From: Candidatus Poribacteria bacterium
GTDB taxonomy: Bacteria; Poribacteria; WGA-4E; PCPOR2b
Length of the DNA stretch: 64,000 bases
Direction of reading: 5' to 3'
NCBI GenBank assembly: GCA_965207975.1
Contig: OZ242315.1
Location: forward strand, 5,066,449-5,130,448
The position numbers and the translations under genes were made by a program. Below are positions 38,026-48,684 of the stretch, in pieces. Positions within the stretch are counted from its first letter, which is position 1. Each line of letters starts with the position of its first letter. The notes under the pieces were generated by a model. It was not told the origin of the DNA. It searched no databases and saw only the letters and a list, made by a program, of their open reading frames with translations.

Positions 38026-39954
38026 TTAAATCCAGCTATATACCGCTGAACGTAGCACAAGGCTCATGATGGGCCAAAAACACCCTATCAACGCCTCACC
38101 GAGTACCAACCCAACAAAGAAGGGCATCCCACGGCGATACGCCTTGATACCGCCATGCTTGAGTAGCACCCATTTCGCAGCCATCCCGATTAACAGAGGG
38201 AACCAGACGAGGTTCATTGTACCGGGGGCGACACCGACAATATAGCCGGCAGGGTGAAGCGGACACCAAACAAATCGGGCGCGCAGAAACATAATGCCCA
38301 AATTCATCATAAAGCCTATGCCAAGTACTGCCATCGCCAACCAATCCGTCGGCTTCGGATTAATCAACCAAGAAGACAGGAAATTGTACGCCTCTGCACC
38401 GCCAGAATGAATCTGCTCCGAACCCGCCGCAACCCCCTCCTTGTAAATCGTATAAGGATAAAGGATGAGACTCGATTCAATCCCAACGATGCTAGCGATG
38501 ATCAACACAATGAGCATCGTCCGGTTTCTGATGCCGGTACGTTCAGCGAGTTTGAACGCTTCCATCTGATCGGGCATCGGGTGTGTCCGAAACGATGCGT
38601 AACTCGCGCCGCTCAACCAATTCAGCATAGAAAGCATTGTCAGATTCCCCGCCCGGAGCCGCCGCGTGCCAAACATCGAAATCGTCAGGTACTGAGGCGT
38701 AACATAGCCGACCGCCTGAATCGGAGGTCCTAACTCTGCTCGCATACGTGTCAATCCAACAATAATCAGCAGATAGATAGAGATGAAAATTATACACCCC
38801 CAGACAGACATACCGCATTTTATGCAGAAGCCCATCAACACCAAAAGGCAAAGCGCCAATATAATGACCGTTGCACGATAAGAGATTGGTTCTTCCGCTT
38901 CATCCTCGCGGTCCGGGCGAAACACACGAGAGAAGACTTGCGCGAAATGCCTTCTGCCACTCCAGCACGTGATAAGCAGCAGCGCAAACAGTGCGCCAGT
39001 GCCCTGCTCACCGAAGAAAGGGTAACCCGGCAGGTGCATGATACCCATCATGCTTCCGTATAACAGTTGCATCTTGCCGAAAAGATAGAAAAATGCACAG
39101 GAAAAGGAGAGATCCAAAGGCAGGATAAAACCGAGACCAATCATATAGGGGTGCAGTCGCAACGGCATACTCCCCAACGCGCTCCACGGCTTCTGCGTAA
39201 AGTAGATATTGAGATCGTATTGCTTGACCGGAATTGAGGGCAATGCAGGGAAGAAATATTGGAGCCCGTTGAGCATATTAATCCCCGCAGCAATTCCAAA
39301 CCCCATCCAGAGCAGACGGTTTTTGAAGATCGCTCCGTTGTCCGCCGTGATTTCAAGCGGGATTTGAATCACGGGATACGCCAATTTCTCATGCACCACC
39401 CACTGCCGCCTAATCAGAGAAGTCAAACACAGGAAAATTAGCATCAATGAGAAGATAACAATCGACCACGATAGGATGGGCGTAATCCAATATCGAAAGT
39501 AACCATCTCTGAAGAAATCGACCTCTCCCTCAAAGAAATCGGTGACCGCTCTCAGGTCTGAGACAACCAACCACGGTGGCAGGTGACGGAATAGCAGTGC
39601 TTCCCAATCGTTTTCAGGGGTGGCAAAACGGAAGGCATACGGGATGAGTCCCATCAGGCGAGGCATACAGTCATGTCCAGAAAATGCACTCCCCACAGCC
39701 AGCATCCCGTAGATAACTAACAGATCTTGGCGGCTGAGTGCAGCACTCGGAGCAATCTGACGAACAATGATGTTCAACCCCGTAATCACGAGGAGCGCGA
39801 ACATAACGTTGACTGACAACGTAACGATCGTCAGGTGCGCGGTATGCCACAACATCTCGATGTAAGCAATCCAATAGCTGTTGGCAATAATCAGGATCAC
39901 ACCAATCAGCACCGCACGTTTGCTTATTCTGGTAGAAGATTCTTGTCTAAGCAT
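38026..39954 (-). CDS. Polytopic integral membrane protein of unknown function (642 aa)
   Basis: Long ORF with more than 12 predicted hydrophobic helices. No assignable motif. Confidence 0.55.
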   Translation of the reverse strand: MLRQESSTRISKRAVLIGVILIIANSYWIAYIEMLWHTAHLTIVTLSVNVMFALLVITGLNIIVRQIAPSAALSRQDLLVIYGMLAVGSAFSGHDCMPRLMGLIPYAFRFATPENDWEALLFRHLPPWLVVSDLRAVTDFFEGEVDFFRDGYFRYWITPILSWSIVIFSLMLIFLCLTSLIRRQWVVHEKLAYPVIQIPLEITADNGAIFKNRLLWMGFGIAAGINMLNGLQYFFPALPSIPVKQYDLNIYFTQKPWSALGSMPLRLHPYMIGLGFILPLDLSFSCAFFYLFGKMQLLYGSMMGIMHLPGYPFFGEQGTGALFALLLITCWSGRRHFAQVFSRVFRPDREDEAEEPISYRATVIILALCLLVLMGFCIKCGMSVWGCIIFISIYLLIIVGLTRMRAELGPPIQAVGYVTPQYLTISMFGTRRLRAGNLTMLSMLNWLSGASYASFRTHPMPDQMEAFKLAERTGIRNRTMLIVLIIASIVGIESSLILYPYTIYKEGVAAGSEQIHSGGAEAYNFLSSWLINPKPTDWLAMAVLGIGFMMNLGIMFLRARFVWCPLHPAGYIVGVAPGTMNLVWFPLLIGMAAKWVLLKHGGIKAYRRGMPFFVGLVLGEALIGCFWPIMSLVLRSAVYSWI

Positions 39955-40178
39955 CTTGAACCTAGGAGATCAATTTTCCAAAATCAACATTTAATGAACC
40001 AATGAATTAATGAACCAATATACCTTTACATAAAAAAGGGAGCATGGGCATAAGATCCTGTCCAATAGCCCGATGCTCCCACTGTTTTTAATTCACTAGC
40101 TCATTTATTAATTCACCAGTTCATTAATGAGCCAATGAACAAATTGTTTTCACGCATCACGTTTCACGCATCACGTAC

Positions 40179-42329
40179 CTACTTCAAAATCAGCATCTTC
40201 CGTGTCGCTGAAAAATCAGAGGTCTGCAAACTGTAGAAGTAAACTCCAGAGGCGACCTGCTCACCCATATTGTTACGACCGTCCCAGTACGCCGCTGTCG
40301 AGCGTGTCATATAGAACCCTTGCGCCTTGAAACCGAGATCGATAGTCCGGACGGCACGACCGGACACGTCGTAAATCTGGAGAACCACGTCCGCTGATTT
40401 TTCAAGCTGGTACGGAATCCACGTTTCTGGGTTGAACGGATTCGGGAAGTTCTGTCCCAAAAGCGTATCTGACGGACGCATATCGCCAACAGTCAACGAT
40501 AAACTCAGGTAAGCTTTCCGAAGGTCTTCAACACCAACCTTATGCGTAAAGGGACCCGAAACGATATTGTCCCACTCATCTATTAGGGTAATCTCTAGCG
40601 TATCGCCAGCTTCAATGACGCTCTGCCGTGACAGGTCTGCCCAGACTGTGTTGAATTCCTTGTGCTCGCTGGAAATCTGCCGTGTTGTGACCTCACCGGT
40701 GCGACGGTTTTTCGCAACGACTGTGTAGGATACACCTGCCTCAGTCTCCAGCAGATCGCCACTGACAACAAACGCCCAGGTCGTGCTCGGAAGTTGGATA
40801 CCCGGTGCAGCTGCTGCATCATCCTCCGTGTTATCCCACGCCGTTCCCTCAAACGTGACCATGCCGCCCCCGGGAACGTTGACGATGTAACCCTGACCAC
40901 CTTCAATCGCAAAGCCATCACCTTCCTGATCTGCGGTGAACCCGACAAATTCCTGCATCGCTGTGTCAAGCCGAATTACGACAGTTGCCCCAACCGCCGC
41001 AGCAAACGAACTCGCCGTATAAGGTTCTGCTGGCATCAGTGGCAAGGAGATCATGTTTAACCCAGGCGCCAACGCCATCTCAAACATACCCTTAGGCTCT
41101 GTGGGTATCTCAGGTTCGACAGGCACCTCAGGCACTTCAGGCACCTCAGGCTCTTCAGGCTCTTCGGGCGGCATCACCGCTTCAACAGCCACAGTTGCAG
41201 TCGGCTCTGTCCAAGCAAACGCAAGCCCCACATCAGCAGTACCGGCAATGCCGGGGTGCGGCGAAGAAAGCACGCCGCCTTCAGTTGGGGCGCGTTCATG
41301 GCCATCAAATGGGACCGGAACATGTGTTGCCAATTCGTTGTTCTCCTCCGTACCCGCGTCATAGGATATTAGATCCATTGTAAACGATCGCGGATGACCA
41401 TCTTCGTCAAAGAGGGGTAAACTATTCGCTAAAATGATGCCGTCGTTGGTTGTCACAAGCATCGCCGCCAATGAAAGATAGCCCATATCAGAGCTAGCAC
41501 TGACCATCGTTGAAACGGACCGACCAGGAGCCACTACCCCTCCAGGGGGAGCGGGAAATGCAACGACGCTGCCTACTGCGTCTGACCCCATAGCCAATGC
41601 TGCGAGCGGCGCATGGTTGCCAGTTTCCGCCAATGCGGTGAGTTCCGCGCTGGCTGCCTCACCCGATGCACCGATTGAAAATCCATGACCGTGTGTCACA
41701 AAAATCGGCGGCGAAAAAATCTGACCACCTTGAGTCGGAACACCCATAGTTAGGTTTGTTAGTGTTACCTTAAACTCAACAGCCTCGGGCATTTCAGGTT
41801 CCTTGGGAGGTTCAGGTTCTGTGGGCGGTTCGGGTTCTGCAGGCGCAGGCCCGGTAACCATGCCGCCCTCGACTGTCACAGCTATTGGATTTGCCTCTAA
41901 GTCAGAAATTAAGACCCCAGACAGCTCAATTGTCGAGTTCTTGGCTTCAACAACTGTGAAGGTTACTGTGGCAAGCGTGCCATCTCCATCTGCTGTAGCG
42001 TTAATGAGCGCAGAGGTTGCACCGAATATGGCACTTGTATCGGTGGTGGACCCGGGCACGACAAACGCACCGGCAGGCAGATAGTCCGCATTTGCAACGC
42101 TGACATCCGCGAGAGCACTTGAGTCAAAGATTACAGTAAACTGATAACCAGCGACACCCACTCCGCCTGTGATGTTGATATTAAGGGTCAACTGCTCTCC
42201 GGCGGCTGGAGACTCTATCGTAGACGGATCTACTGAAACCGTTTGACCATAAACACCTTGAACTGTAAGCAGCATAAATACAGCCAAAATGACAAAACAC
42301 TTACTTGGATTGGTAATCTGACGTTTCAT
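40179..42329 (-). CDS. Secreted spondin_N-domain protein with Pro/Glu-rich linker and T9SS-type C-terminal sorting domain
   Basis: 716 aa. Signal peptide. ...FKVTLTNLTMGVPTQGGQIFSPPIFVTHGHGFSIGASGEAASAELTALAETGNHAPL... is spondin_N-like. PEEPEEPEVPEVPEVPVEPEIPTEP linker. C-terminus ...FPNPFNPETWIPYQLEKSADVVLQIYDVSGRAVRTIDLG...SGVYFYSLQTSDFSATRKMLILK is Por_Secre_tail-like. Confidence 0.7.
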   Translation of the reverse strand: MKRQITNPSKCFVILAVFMLLTVQGVYGQTVSVDPSTIESPAAGEQLTLNINITGGVGVAGYQFTVIFDSSALADVSVANADYLPAGAFVVPGSTTDTSAIFGATSALINATADGDGTLATVTFTVVEAKNSTIELSGVLISDLEANPIAVTVEGGMVTGPAPAEPEPPTEPEPPKEPEMPEAVEFKVTLTNLTMGVPTQGGQIFSPPIFVTHGHGFSIGASGEAASAELTALAETGNHAPLAALAMGSDAVGSVVAFPAPPGGVVAPGRSVSTMVSASSDMGYLSLAAMLVTTNDGIILANSLPLFDEDGHPRSFTMDLISYDAGTEENNELATHVPVPFDGHERAPTEGGVLSSPHPGIAGTADVGLAFAWTEPTATVAVEAVMPPEEPEEPEVPEVPEVPVEPEIPTEPKGMFEMALAPGLNMISLPLMPAEPYTASSFAAAVGATVVIRLDTAMQEFVGFTADQEGDGFAIEGGQGYIVNVPGGGMVTFEGTAWDNTEDDAAAAPGIQLPSTTWAFVVSGDLLETEAGVSYTVVAKNRRTGEVTTRQISSEHKEFNTVWADLSRQSVIEAGDTLEITLIDEWDNIVSGPFTHKVGVEDLRKAYLSLSLTVGDMRPSDTLLGQNFPNPFNPETWIPYQLEKSADVVLQIYDVSGRAVRTIDLGFKAQGFYMTRSTAAYWDGRNNMGEQVASGVYFYSLQTSDFSATRKMLILK

Positions 42330-42625
42330 CAGACGACTCCTTTCATCCCTAGGAAGGTTAATTTCTTGGTTGTTTCTCTATTGTGTTATACATTGCCAGT
42401 ACGGCAAAACCATTCTCTATTATGATTCATATTAAGAGAACGGGGGTTATTATAAGCAATTTTCTAGATTTAGGCAAGGTTTTTTTCCGAAAAACAGGGC
42501 TATCAAACGGCAATCGCAAAAAAAATGGTACTGCCTTGCGCTCTAGGCGCAGACTAAAACCAATTTTCTATATCTCCAAGACACCCGTACCTATTGGGAT
42601 ATCTGACCGCTCAACCTATCACACT

Positions 42626-43579
42626 TTATGTTTCACGCTTTACGTCTTCCTTCATCCGCCCAATCAACACCCGATTCATCCTATCCCGAATTTCCTCAAT
42701 CCTTTCAGGTGTCCACTCGTAGAACCCCTCCTCCGACTTGACACCGAGTTTGTCACCCTCAACCATTTCACGGAGCAAAGGATTAATCTCCGATGAACTG
42801 TTGAGATCTTTGTATAACTCTTCAAACGCAGCGAGGACGAGATCCCACCCCGCCAGCTCAAACACCTGAAACGGTCCCGCAACGCTCAAACGTCGTCCAA
42901 AACTGTTACGGACCACCAGATCGACATCCTCCGCAGTGGCGATGCCACGCTCAACGATTGAGAACGCCTCACGGATAACCGCAGCTTGTAAACGGGGCCC
43001 CACAAAGCCGGGAACCTCCTTCTGGATAACCGCCGGTGTCTTCCCGATCTTCACCATCAGATCATACGCCACCTGCAATGTTTCAGCCGATGTTTTTGGG
43101 CTGCGAATCAGCTCAACAAGCGGGATGAGATAGGGCGGATTGAAATAGTGGGTGTTCAGAATTTTATCTTGACGCTGAGTGAATACACCAATCTGCGAAG
43201 GCATCTGTGCCGTCGTATTGCTAGCAAGAATCGTGCGGGGTGGGCAGATCTGATCGAGTTGGCGAAAAACCTCCTGCTTCAGGGGCAGATTCTCAATCAC
43301 CGCTTCAATGACAAAATCCGCATCTCTCCCAACAGTTTCAAGCTGGTCTGCCCCATGAATCCGATTGAGTGTCTCATCGATCTGATCCGGTTTGGCAAGG
43401 TCATTTTCCACAAACAGCTGAAGGTTTTCTCGTATCCGATTTATTCCAGCATCAACCTGCGCTTGGCTCACATCGTGCAAGTGAACCTGATAGCCGGCAA
43501 ACGCAAATTCTTGGGCGATCCCATGCCCCATCAAACCCGCCCCAATCACAGCGATCTGTTGAATATCATCAAGTGTCAT
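42626..43579 (-). CDS. 3-hydroxyacyl-CoA (3-hydroxybutyryl-CoA) dehydrogenase
   Basis: N-terminal NAD-binding IQQIAVIGAGLMGHGIAQEFAFAGYQVHLHD plus the HCDH fold. ATG 43579 follows an AAAGGAG RBS. Confidence 0.8.
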   Translation of the reverse strand: MTLDDIQQIAVIGAGLMGHGIAQEFAFAGYQVHLHDVSQAQVDAGINRIRENLQLFVENDLAKPDQIDETLNRIHGADQLETVGRDADFVIEAVIENLPLKQEVFRQLDQICPPRTILASNTTAQMPSQIGVFTQRQDKILNTHYFNPPYLIPLVELIRSPKTSAETLQVAYDLMVKIGKTPAVIQKEVPGFVGPRLQAAVIREAFSIVERGIATAEDVDLVVRNSFGRRLSVAGPFQVFELAGWDLVLAAFEELYKDLNSSSEINPLLREMVEGDKLGVKSEEGFYEWTPERIEEIRDRMNRVLIGRMKEDVKRET

Positions 43580-44031
43580 ACAACTCCTTTCTAATTCCAT
43601 CTCAATAAACTAATGAACCAATGAACCAACACACCTACTTTGCACATTTGAGTTTAAAGATAGAAGATAGTTTGCACGGTGTCGGGCAATCTCTGACTCA
43701 TCTGCAATAAACTTCCCTCCATTTCAGGCCGTTTTCAAGCATACGCGCAAGGGCACTCCACATCATTTAGACTTCATTCCTGATTGTTAGTAGACGTTTG
43801 GCACAAAAATTGATGGGCCTCTACATGGAATCGTTTCGGATCAGTTCGCGCACAGTAGATAATAGCTTGGATTAGTTTGTACCCGAAAAGCCCCAAAGCA
43901 ACAGAACTTCTTCGGATATATAAAAGTGTTTGGTGTTACAGTATATCACCTATTCTACCATACGACACCCTACAAAGTCGAGTAGGTGTTCTAGTCATTA
44001 GTTGTAACCTTATACCAAGGAGGGGTATCCC

Positions 44032-46542
44032 ATGAAAAAGAGATTTTTTTTCAAACTTAGCCTTCTATTCGTCTCTACCCTATTTCTACAGAACGGCTTT
44101 GCCCAAGACTACACCCGATGGAGTTTGCCCGAAGGTGCCAAAGCGCGCCTCGGTAAAGGTTGGATTCTCGATTCCGCGTATTCCCCAGATGGCACTCGTA
44201 TCGCGGTAGGGACTAGCATCGGCATTTGGCTTTATGATGCACACACCGGTGCCGAACTTTCCCTACTGACGGGGCATACCGATTGGGTCTGGTCGGTCAC
44301 GTTCTCCCCTGATGGAGAGACACTCGCTAGTGGAAGTTTGGACGACACCATTCGATTGTGGGATGCTCACACAGGCGAATACCAACACACCCTTGAAGGA
44401 CATAGGGATTCAATTTGGTCGGTCGCGTTCTCACCCGATGGAGAGACACTTGCCAGTGGAAGTTCAGACGATGCCGTTCGATTGTGGGATGCCAACACCG
44501 GAGAACACAAACATACCCTTGAAGGACATACAAAGGGAGTTTGGTCGGTCGCGTTCTCCCCTGATGGTGAGACACTTGCTAGTGGCAGTGGAGATAAGAC
44601 CCTTCGGTTGTGGGATGCCCGCACTGGGAAACATCAACAGACACTTGGGGGACATACCCGCAGGATTGAATCGGTTACCTTCTCTCCGGATGGAAGTACA
44701 CTTGCCAGTGGCAGCGGAGATAAGACCATTCGGTTGTGGGATGCCCGCACCGGCGAACTCCAACAGATCCTTGATGGACAGAGGGCCGTCTCCTCTCTCG
44801 CCTTCTCTCCGAATGGGAATACGCTTGCCAGCGGAGGCAGTTGGGACAAGACAATTCAGCTGTGGAATGCCAACACCGGCGAACTCCAGCAGTCCCTCAG
44901 GGGGCATGTGAGCGATATCAATTCTGTTGCTTTCTCCCCGGATGGGAGCACACTCGCTAGTGGAGATGGCCAAGAGATTCGACTCTGGGATGTCCGCACT
45001 TGGGAATACCAGCAGTCCCTTGAAGGACATACGTCTGGAATCTGGTCCCTCGCCCTCTCTCCCGATGGTATTACCCTTGCCACTGGAAGTGTGGATTTTA
45101 GGGATCCCAGCAGCACGCTTCGGTTGTGGAATGCCAACACCGGGGGACTCCAGCAGACCTTTGAAGGACATACGGATTTGGTTTTCTCTCTTGCCTTCTC
45201 TCCCGATGGAAGTACGCTTGCCAGCGGAAGTTGGGGAGAAATTCGGTTGTGGGATACCCACACCGGAGAACACCGGCAAACCTTGGATGGACATAAAGAT
45301 TGGATTGAGTCCCTCGTCTTCTCCCCTGACGGGTCTACTATTGCGAGTGGGAGTGAGGATAAGACGGTTCAATTGTGGGATGCACACACCGGAGAATATC
45401 AGCAAACCCTTGAGGGACATACAGGGCAGGTTTTTTCTGTGGCGTTCTCTCCGGATGGAAATACACTCGCCAGTGGAAGTGTGGACAAGACCATCCGATT
45501 GTGGAACGCACACACCGGGAAATACCAACAAACCCTTGGAGGACATAAAAATTCTGTTTCCTCCCTCGCCTTTTCCCCCGATGGCAGTACGCTTGCCAGT
45601 GGCAGTATAGACGATACGATTCGACTATGGGATGCCCGTACCGGGGAATACCGACAGACCTTGGAAGGTCACACAGATTGGGTAATTTCCGTGGCGTTTT
45701 CTCCCGATGGTAGTACGCTTGCCAGCGGAAGTATGGATAAAACAGCTCGACTGTGGGATGCCATCACCGGCGAGCATAAGCAAACCCTTAACGGGCATAT
45801 ACGAGAGGTCAGATCGATCGCGTTTTCCACGGATGGGGTCACCCTAGCGAGCGGAAGTTTGGACGCCTCTGTTCTGTTGTGGAAACTCACGCCCTCCACC
45901 GGCACGGTTAATCTGTTTGCAGAGGATGTAAATCAGGATGGAGTTGTAAACGCCCTAGATTTGGCTGTGGTTGCGTCACAGTTCGGGCAGTTCAGTCAAG
46001 GCTTAACAGATGTCAACGGAGATGGAATTGTCAATATCCTAGATTTGGTGCTAGTAGCAGGCGCGTTCGGCGAAACGGCAGCTGCGCCTGTAGCACATCA
46101 ACAAATCCTTAAGACACTCACGCCAACAGACGTGCAACAGTGGTTGACCGACACCAAGTCACTTGAAATCAACAATGCTAAGGTTAGAAAAGGGATTACA
46201 GTGCTTGAACAACTCTTAGCAGCACTGACAGAGGCACCAACAATTTCAAAAGAGACAATCCTATTGCCAAACTATCCGAACCCGTTTAACCCGGAGACAT
46301 GGATTCCGTATCGGTTAGCGGAAGACGCAAATGTCACCTTGACTATCTATGATTCAAACGGACATTTGGTTCGGAGTTTTGATGTTGGATATAGGACCGC
46401 AGGTATCTATGAGCGTAGAAACAAAGCCATCTATTGGGATGGGAGAAACGAGATAGGTGAGAAGGTGACAAGCGGCGTGTACTTCTATCATCTGACAACA
46501 GAACAGTATTCAGCGACGAAACGGATGGTCATTCTCAAGTAA
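44032..46542 (+). CDS. Secreted WD40-repeat protein (about 14 repeats) with dockerin-like repeat pair, helical linker and T9SS-type CTD
   Basis: 836 aa. Signal peptide. Repeated GHTDWVWSVTFSPDG.TLASGS.D.TIRLWD units. DVNQDGVVNALDLAVVASQFGQ / DVNGDGIVNILDLVLVAGAFGE dockerin pair. C-terminal ...LPNYPNPFNPETWIPYRLAEDANVTLTIYD...SGVYFYHLTTEQYSATKRMVILK. Confidence 0.85.
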   Translation: MKKRFFFKLSLLFVSTLFLQNGFAQDYTRWSLPEGAKARLGKGWILDSAYSPDGTRIAVGTSIGIWLYDAHTGAELSLLTGHTDWVWSVTFSPDGETLASGSLDDTIRLWDAHTGEYQHTLEGHRDSIWSVAFSPDGETLASGSSDDAVRLWDANTGEHKHTLEGHTKGVWSVAFSPDGETLASGSGDKTLRLWDARTGKHQQTLGGHTRRIESVTFSPDGSTLASGSGDKTIRLWDARTGELQQILDGQRAVSSLAFSPNGNTLASGGSWDKTIQLWNANTGELQQSLRGHVSDINSVAFSPDGSTLASGDGQEIRLWDVRTWEYQQSLEGHTSGIWSLALSPDGITLATGSVDFRDPSSTLRLWNANTGGLQQTFEGHTDLVFSLAFSPDGSTLASGSWGEIRLWDTHTGEHRQTLDGHKDWIESLVFSPDGSTIASGSEDKTVQLWDAHTGEYQQTLEGHTGQVFSVAFSPDGNTLASGSVDKTIRLWNAHTGKYQQTLGGHKNSVSSLAFSPDGSTLASGSIDDTIRLWDARTGEYRQTLEGHTDWVISVAFSPDGSTLASGSMDKTARLWDAITGEHKQTLNGHIREVRSIAFSTDGVTLASGSLDASVLLWKLTPSTGTVNLFAEDVNQDGVVNALDLAVVASQFGQFSQGLTDVNGDGIVNILDLVLVAGAFGETAAAPVAHQQILKTLTPTDVQQWLTDTKSLEINNAKVRKGITVLEQLLAALTEAPTISKETILLPNYPNPFNPETWIPYRLAEDANVTLTIYDSNGHLVRSFDVGYRTAGIYERRNKAIYWDGRNEIGEKVTSGVYFYHLTTEQYSATKRMVILK

Positions 46543-46559
46543 GAAAGGAGAATTGTCTC

Positions 46560-48587
46560 ATGAAAAAGGGACTGTTCTTTAAGTTTAACCTTCTATTTAT
46601 CACTGTCTTTTTTCTGCAAAATGGCTTCGCCCAAGACTACACCCAATGGAACTTGCCCGATGGTGCCAAAGCACGCCTCAGTAAAGGTAGGCTAAATGAC
46701 GTTGTGTATTCGCCAGATGGCACTCGACTCGCGGTCGGAAGTAATATCGGTATTTGGCTCTATGATGCACACACCCGCACCGAAATCGCCCTGTTGACGG
46801 GACATACAGGGATTGTTATGTCAGTTGCGTATTCCCCGGACGGCGGTACACTTGCCGGTGGAGGTGGATGGAGAGATGGTACGATTCGGTTGTGGGACGC
46901 TGCCACCGGTAGACACAAACACACCCTTCAAGGACATACGGAGGGCGTTACTTCTGTAGCGTTCTCACCCGATGGAGAGACACTTGCTAGTGGGAATTAT
47001 AAAGAGATTTGGTTGTGGGATGTCACCACCGGAGAACATAAGCAAACTCTAGAAGGACACACGGATTGGGTGTTTTCCGTGGCGTATTCCCCGGATGGAA
47101 GTACGATCGCTAGTGGAGGTTGGGACGACACAATTCGGTTATGGGATGCCGCCACAGGCAAACACAGACAAACCCTTGAGGGGCACACAGATGGGGTGCG
47201 TTCCGTGGCGTTTTCCCCAGATGGAAGTACGCTTGCCAGTGGAGCTGAGTGGGGAGACAAGACGATTCGGTTGTGGGATACCGCCACAGGCAAACACAAG
47301 CAGACCCTTGAGGGACATAGACGCTGGATCCACGAGGTCAAGTATTCGCCGGATGGGGGTACGCTCGCCAGTGGAAGTGGGGATGGCACAATTCGGTTGT
47401 GGGACGCTACCACCGGAGAACACAAGCAAACCCTTAAAGGGCATACAAATGAGGCATATGCGATCGAGTTTTCACCGGATGGGCGCACCCTCATCAGTGG
47501 GAGTTTTAGAGAAGTATATCTGTGGGATATCACCACCGGCAGCTATGAGCAGATTCTCAAGGGGCATACGGGTGGTATCACCTCCCTAGCGTATTCCCCA
47601 AACGCCAGCACCCTTGCCAGCACGAGTGCGGATGGCACGATCCGGTTGTGGGATACCACCACTCGACAAAATAGGCAGACCCTTTTGGGGCACAAAAGTT
47701 GGGTTTATTCGGTCTTGTATTCCCCAGATGGCGGCACACTCGTGAGTAAGGGGGCTGGAGACGTTCGGCTATGGGATGCTACCACCGGAGAACAGAAGCA
47801 AACCGTGGAGTATAGAGCTAGTGTATCTGCAATTGCGTATTCGCCGGATGGGACCACACTTGCTATCGGGGATGCTGACGGCAGAATTTGGTTGCGGGAT
47901 ATGACCACCGGTGCACATAAGCAAATCCTTCGGCATAGGGGCGTATCTGTAATCGCCTATACCCCGGATGGAAACACGCTTGCCAGTGGGGGTCGGGATA
48001 GCACGATTCAGTTATGGGAGGCGCACACCGGAGAAAATAAGCAAACCCTTGCAGGACATGCCGACGGAGTCGAATCCCTAGCGTTCTCCCCAGATGGAAG
48101 CATACTTGCCAGTGGCAGTAATGATTTCACAATTCGCTTGTGGACTGTTACCACTGGAGAGCAGAAGCACACCCTTGAGGGACACACAGATTGGGTGCTT
48201 TCCGTAGCGTTCTCCCCAGATGGTGGTACACTTGCCAGTGGAGGTGGATGGCGGGATAACACGATTCGGCTGTGGAATGTCCGAACCGGAGAACATAAGC
48301 AGACCCTTGAGGACCATGCAGGTCCTGTCAATTCCCTAGTATACTCCCCGGCTGATGGCACACTTGCCAGTGGGAGTATGGACGGAACAGTTCTGCTGTG
48401 GGCACTCTCACCCGCCATAAGCGCAATGGATATCAATCAAGATGGAGTTATCAACACCCAAGATCTGGAGTTGGTTGCCTCACAATTTGGGCAGTCAGGA
48501 CAAAACAGTGCAGATGTCAACCGAGACGGAATCGTTAATATCTTCGATTTGGTGTCGGTAGCAGGTGCATTCGGGGCAGGACATTGA
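46560..48587 (+). CDS. Secreted WD40-repeat protein, tandem paralog of the previous gene, ending right after the dockerin pair (no CTD)
   Basis: 675 aa. N-terminus nearly identical to the 44032 gene (MKKGLFFKFNLLFITVFFLQNGFAQDYTQWNLPDGAKARL). WD40 repeats and dockerin pair. Stops at ...VSVAGAFGAGH. Confidence 0.8.
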   Translation: MKKGLFFKFNLLFITVFFLQNGFAQDYTQWNLPDGAKARLSKGRLNDVVYSPDGTRLAVGSNIGIWLYDAHTRTEIALLTGHTGIVMSVAYSPDGGTLAGGGGWRDGTIRLWDAATGRHKHTLQGHTEGVTSVAFSPDGETLASGNYKEIWLWDVTTGEHKQTLEGHTDWVFSVAYSPDGSTIASGGWDDTIRLWDAATGKHRQTLEGHTDGVRSVAFSPDGSTLASGAEWGDKTIRLWDTATGKHKQTLEGHRRWIHEVKYSPDGGTLASGSGDGTIRLWDATTGEHKQTLKGHTNEAYAIEFSPDGRTLISGSFREVYLWDITTGSYEQILKGHTGGITSLAYSPNASTLASTSADGTIRLWDTTTRQNRQTLLGHKSWVYSVLYSPDGGTLVSKGAGDVRLWDATTGEQKQTVEYRASVSAIAYSPDGTTLAIGDADGRIWLRDMTTGAHKQILRHRGVSVIAYTPDGNTLASGGRDSTIQLWEAHTGENKQTLAGHADGVESLAFSPDGSILASGSNDFTIRLWTVTTGEQKHTLEGHTDWVLSVAFSPDGGTLASGGGWRDNTIRLWNVRTGEHKQTLEDHAGPVNSLVYSPADGTLASGSMDGTVLLWALSPAISAMDINQDGVINTQDLELVASQFGQSGQNSADVNRDGIVNIFDLVSVAGAFGAGH

Positions 48588-48684
48588 CAGGAAACAATCA
48601 ACCTATCAAAAAATTGCTTTCACATTTCACAGCCTGTCCCGCCTGTCCCGATGTATCGGGGATGTATCGGGGCATCACGTTTCA

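Noticed and set aside
44312-45610. Multiple overlapping ORFs on both strands within the WD40 genes (e.g. 44312..44911, 44464..45546, 47095..47589, 56178..56693)
   Set aside because: Artefacts of the highly regular WD40 repeat DNA. The host-frame genes have signal peptides, RBSs and coherent domain structure.
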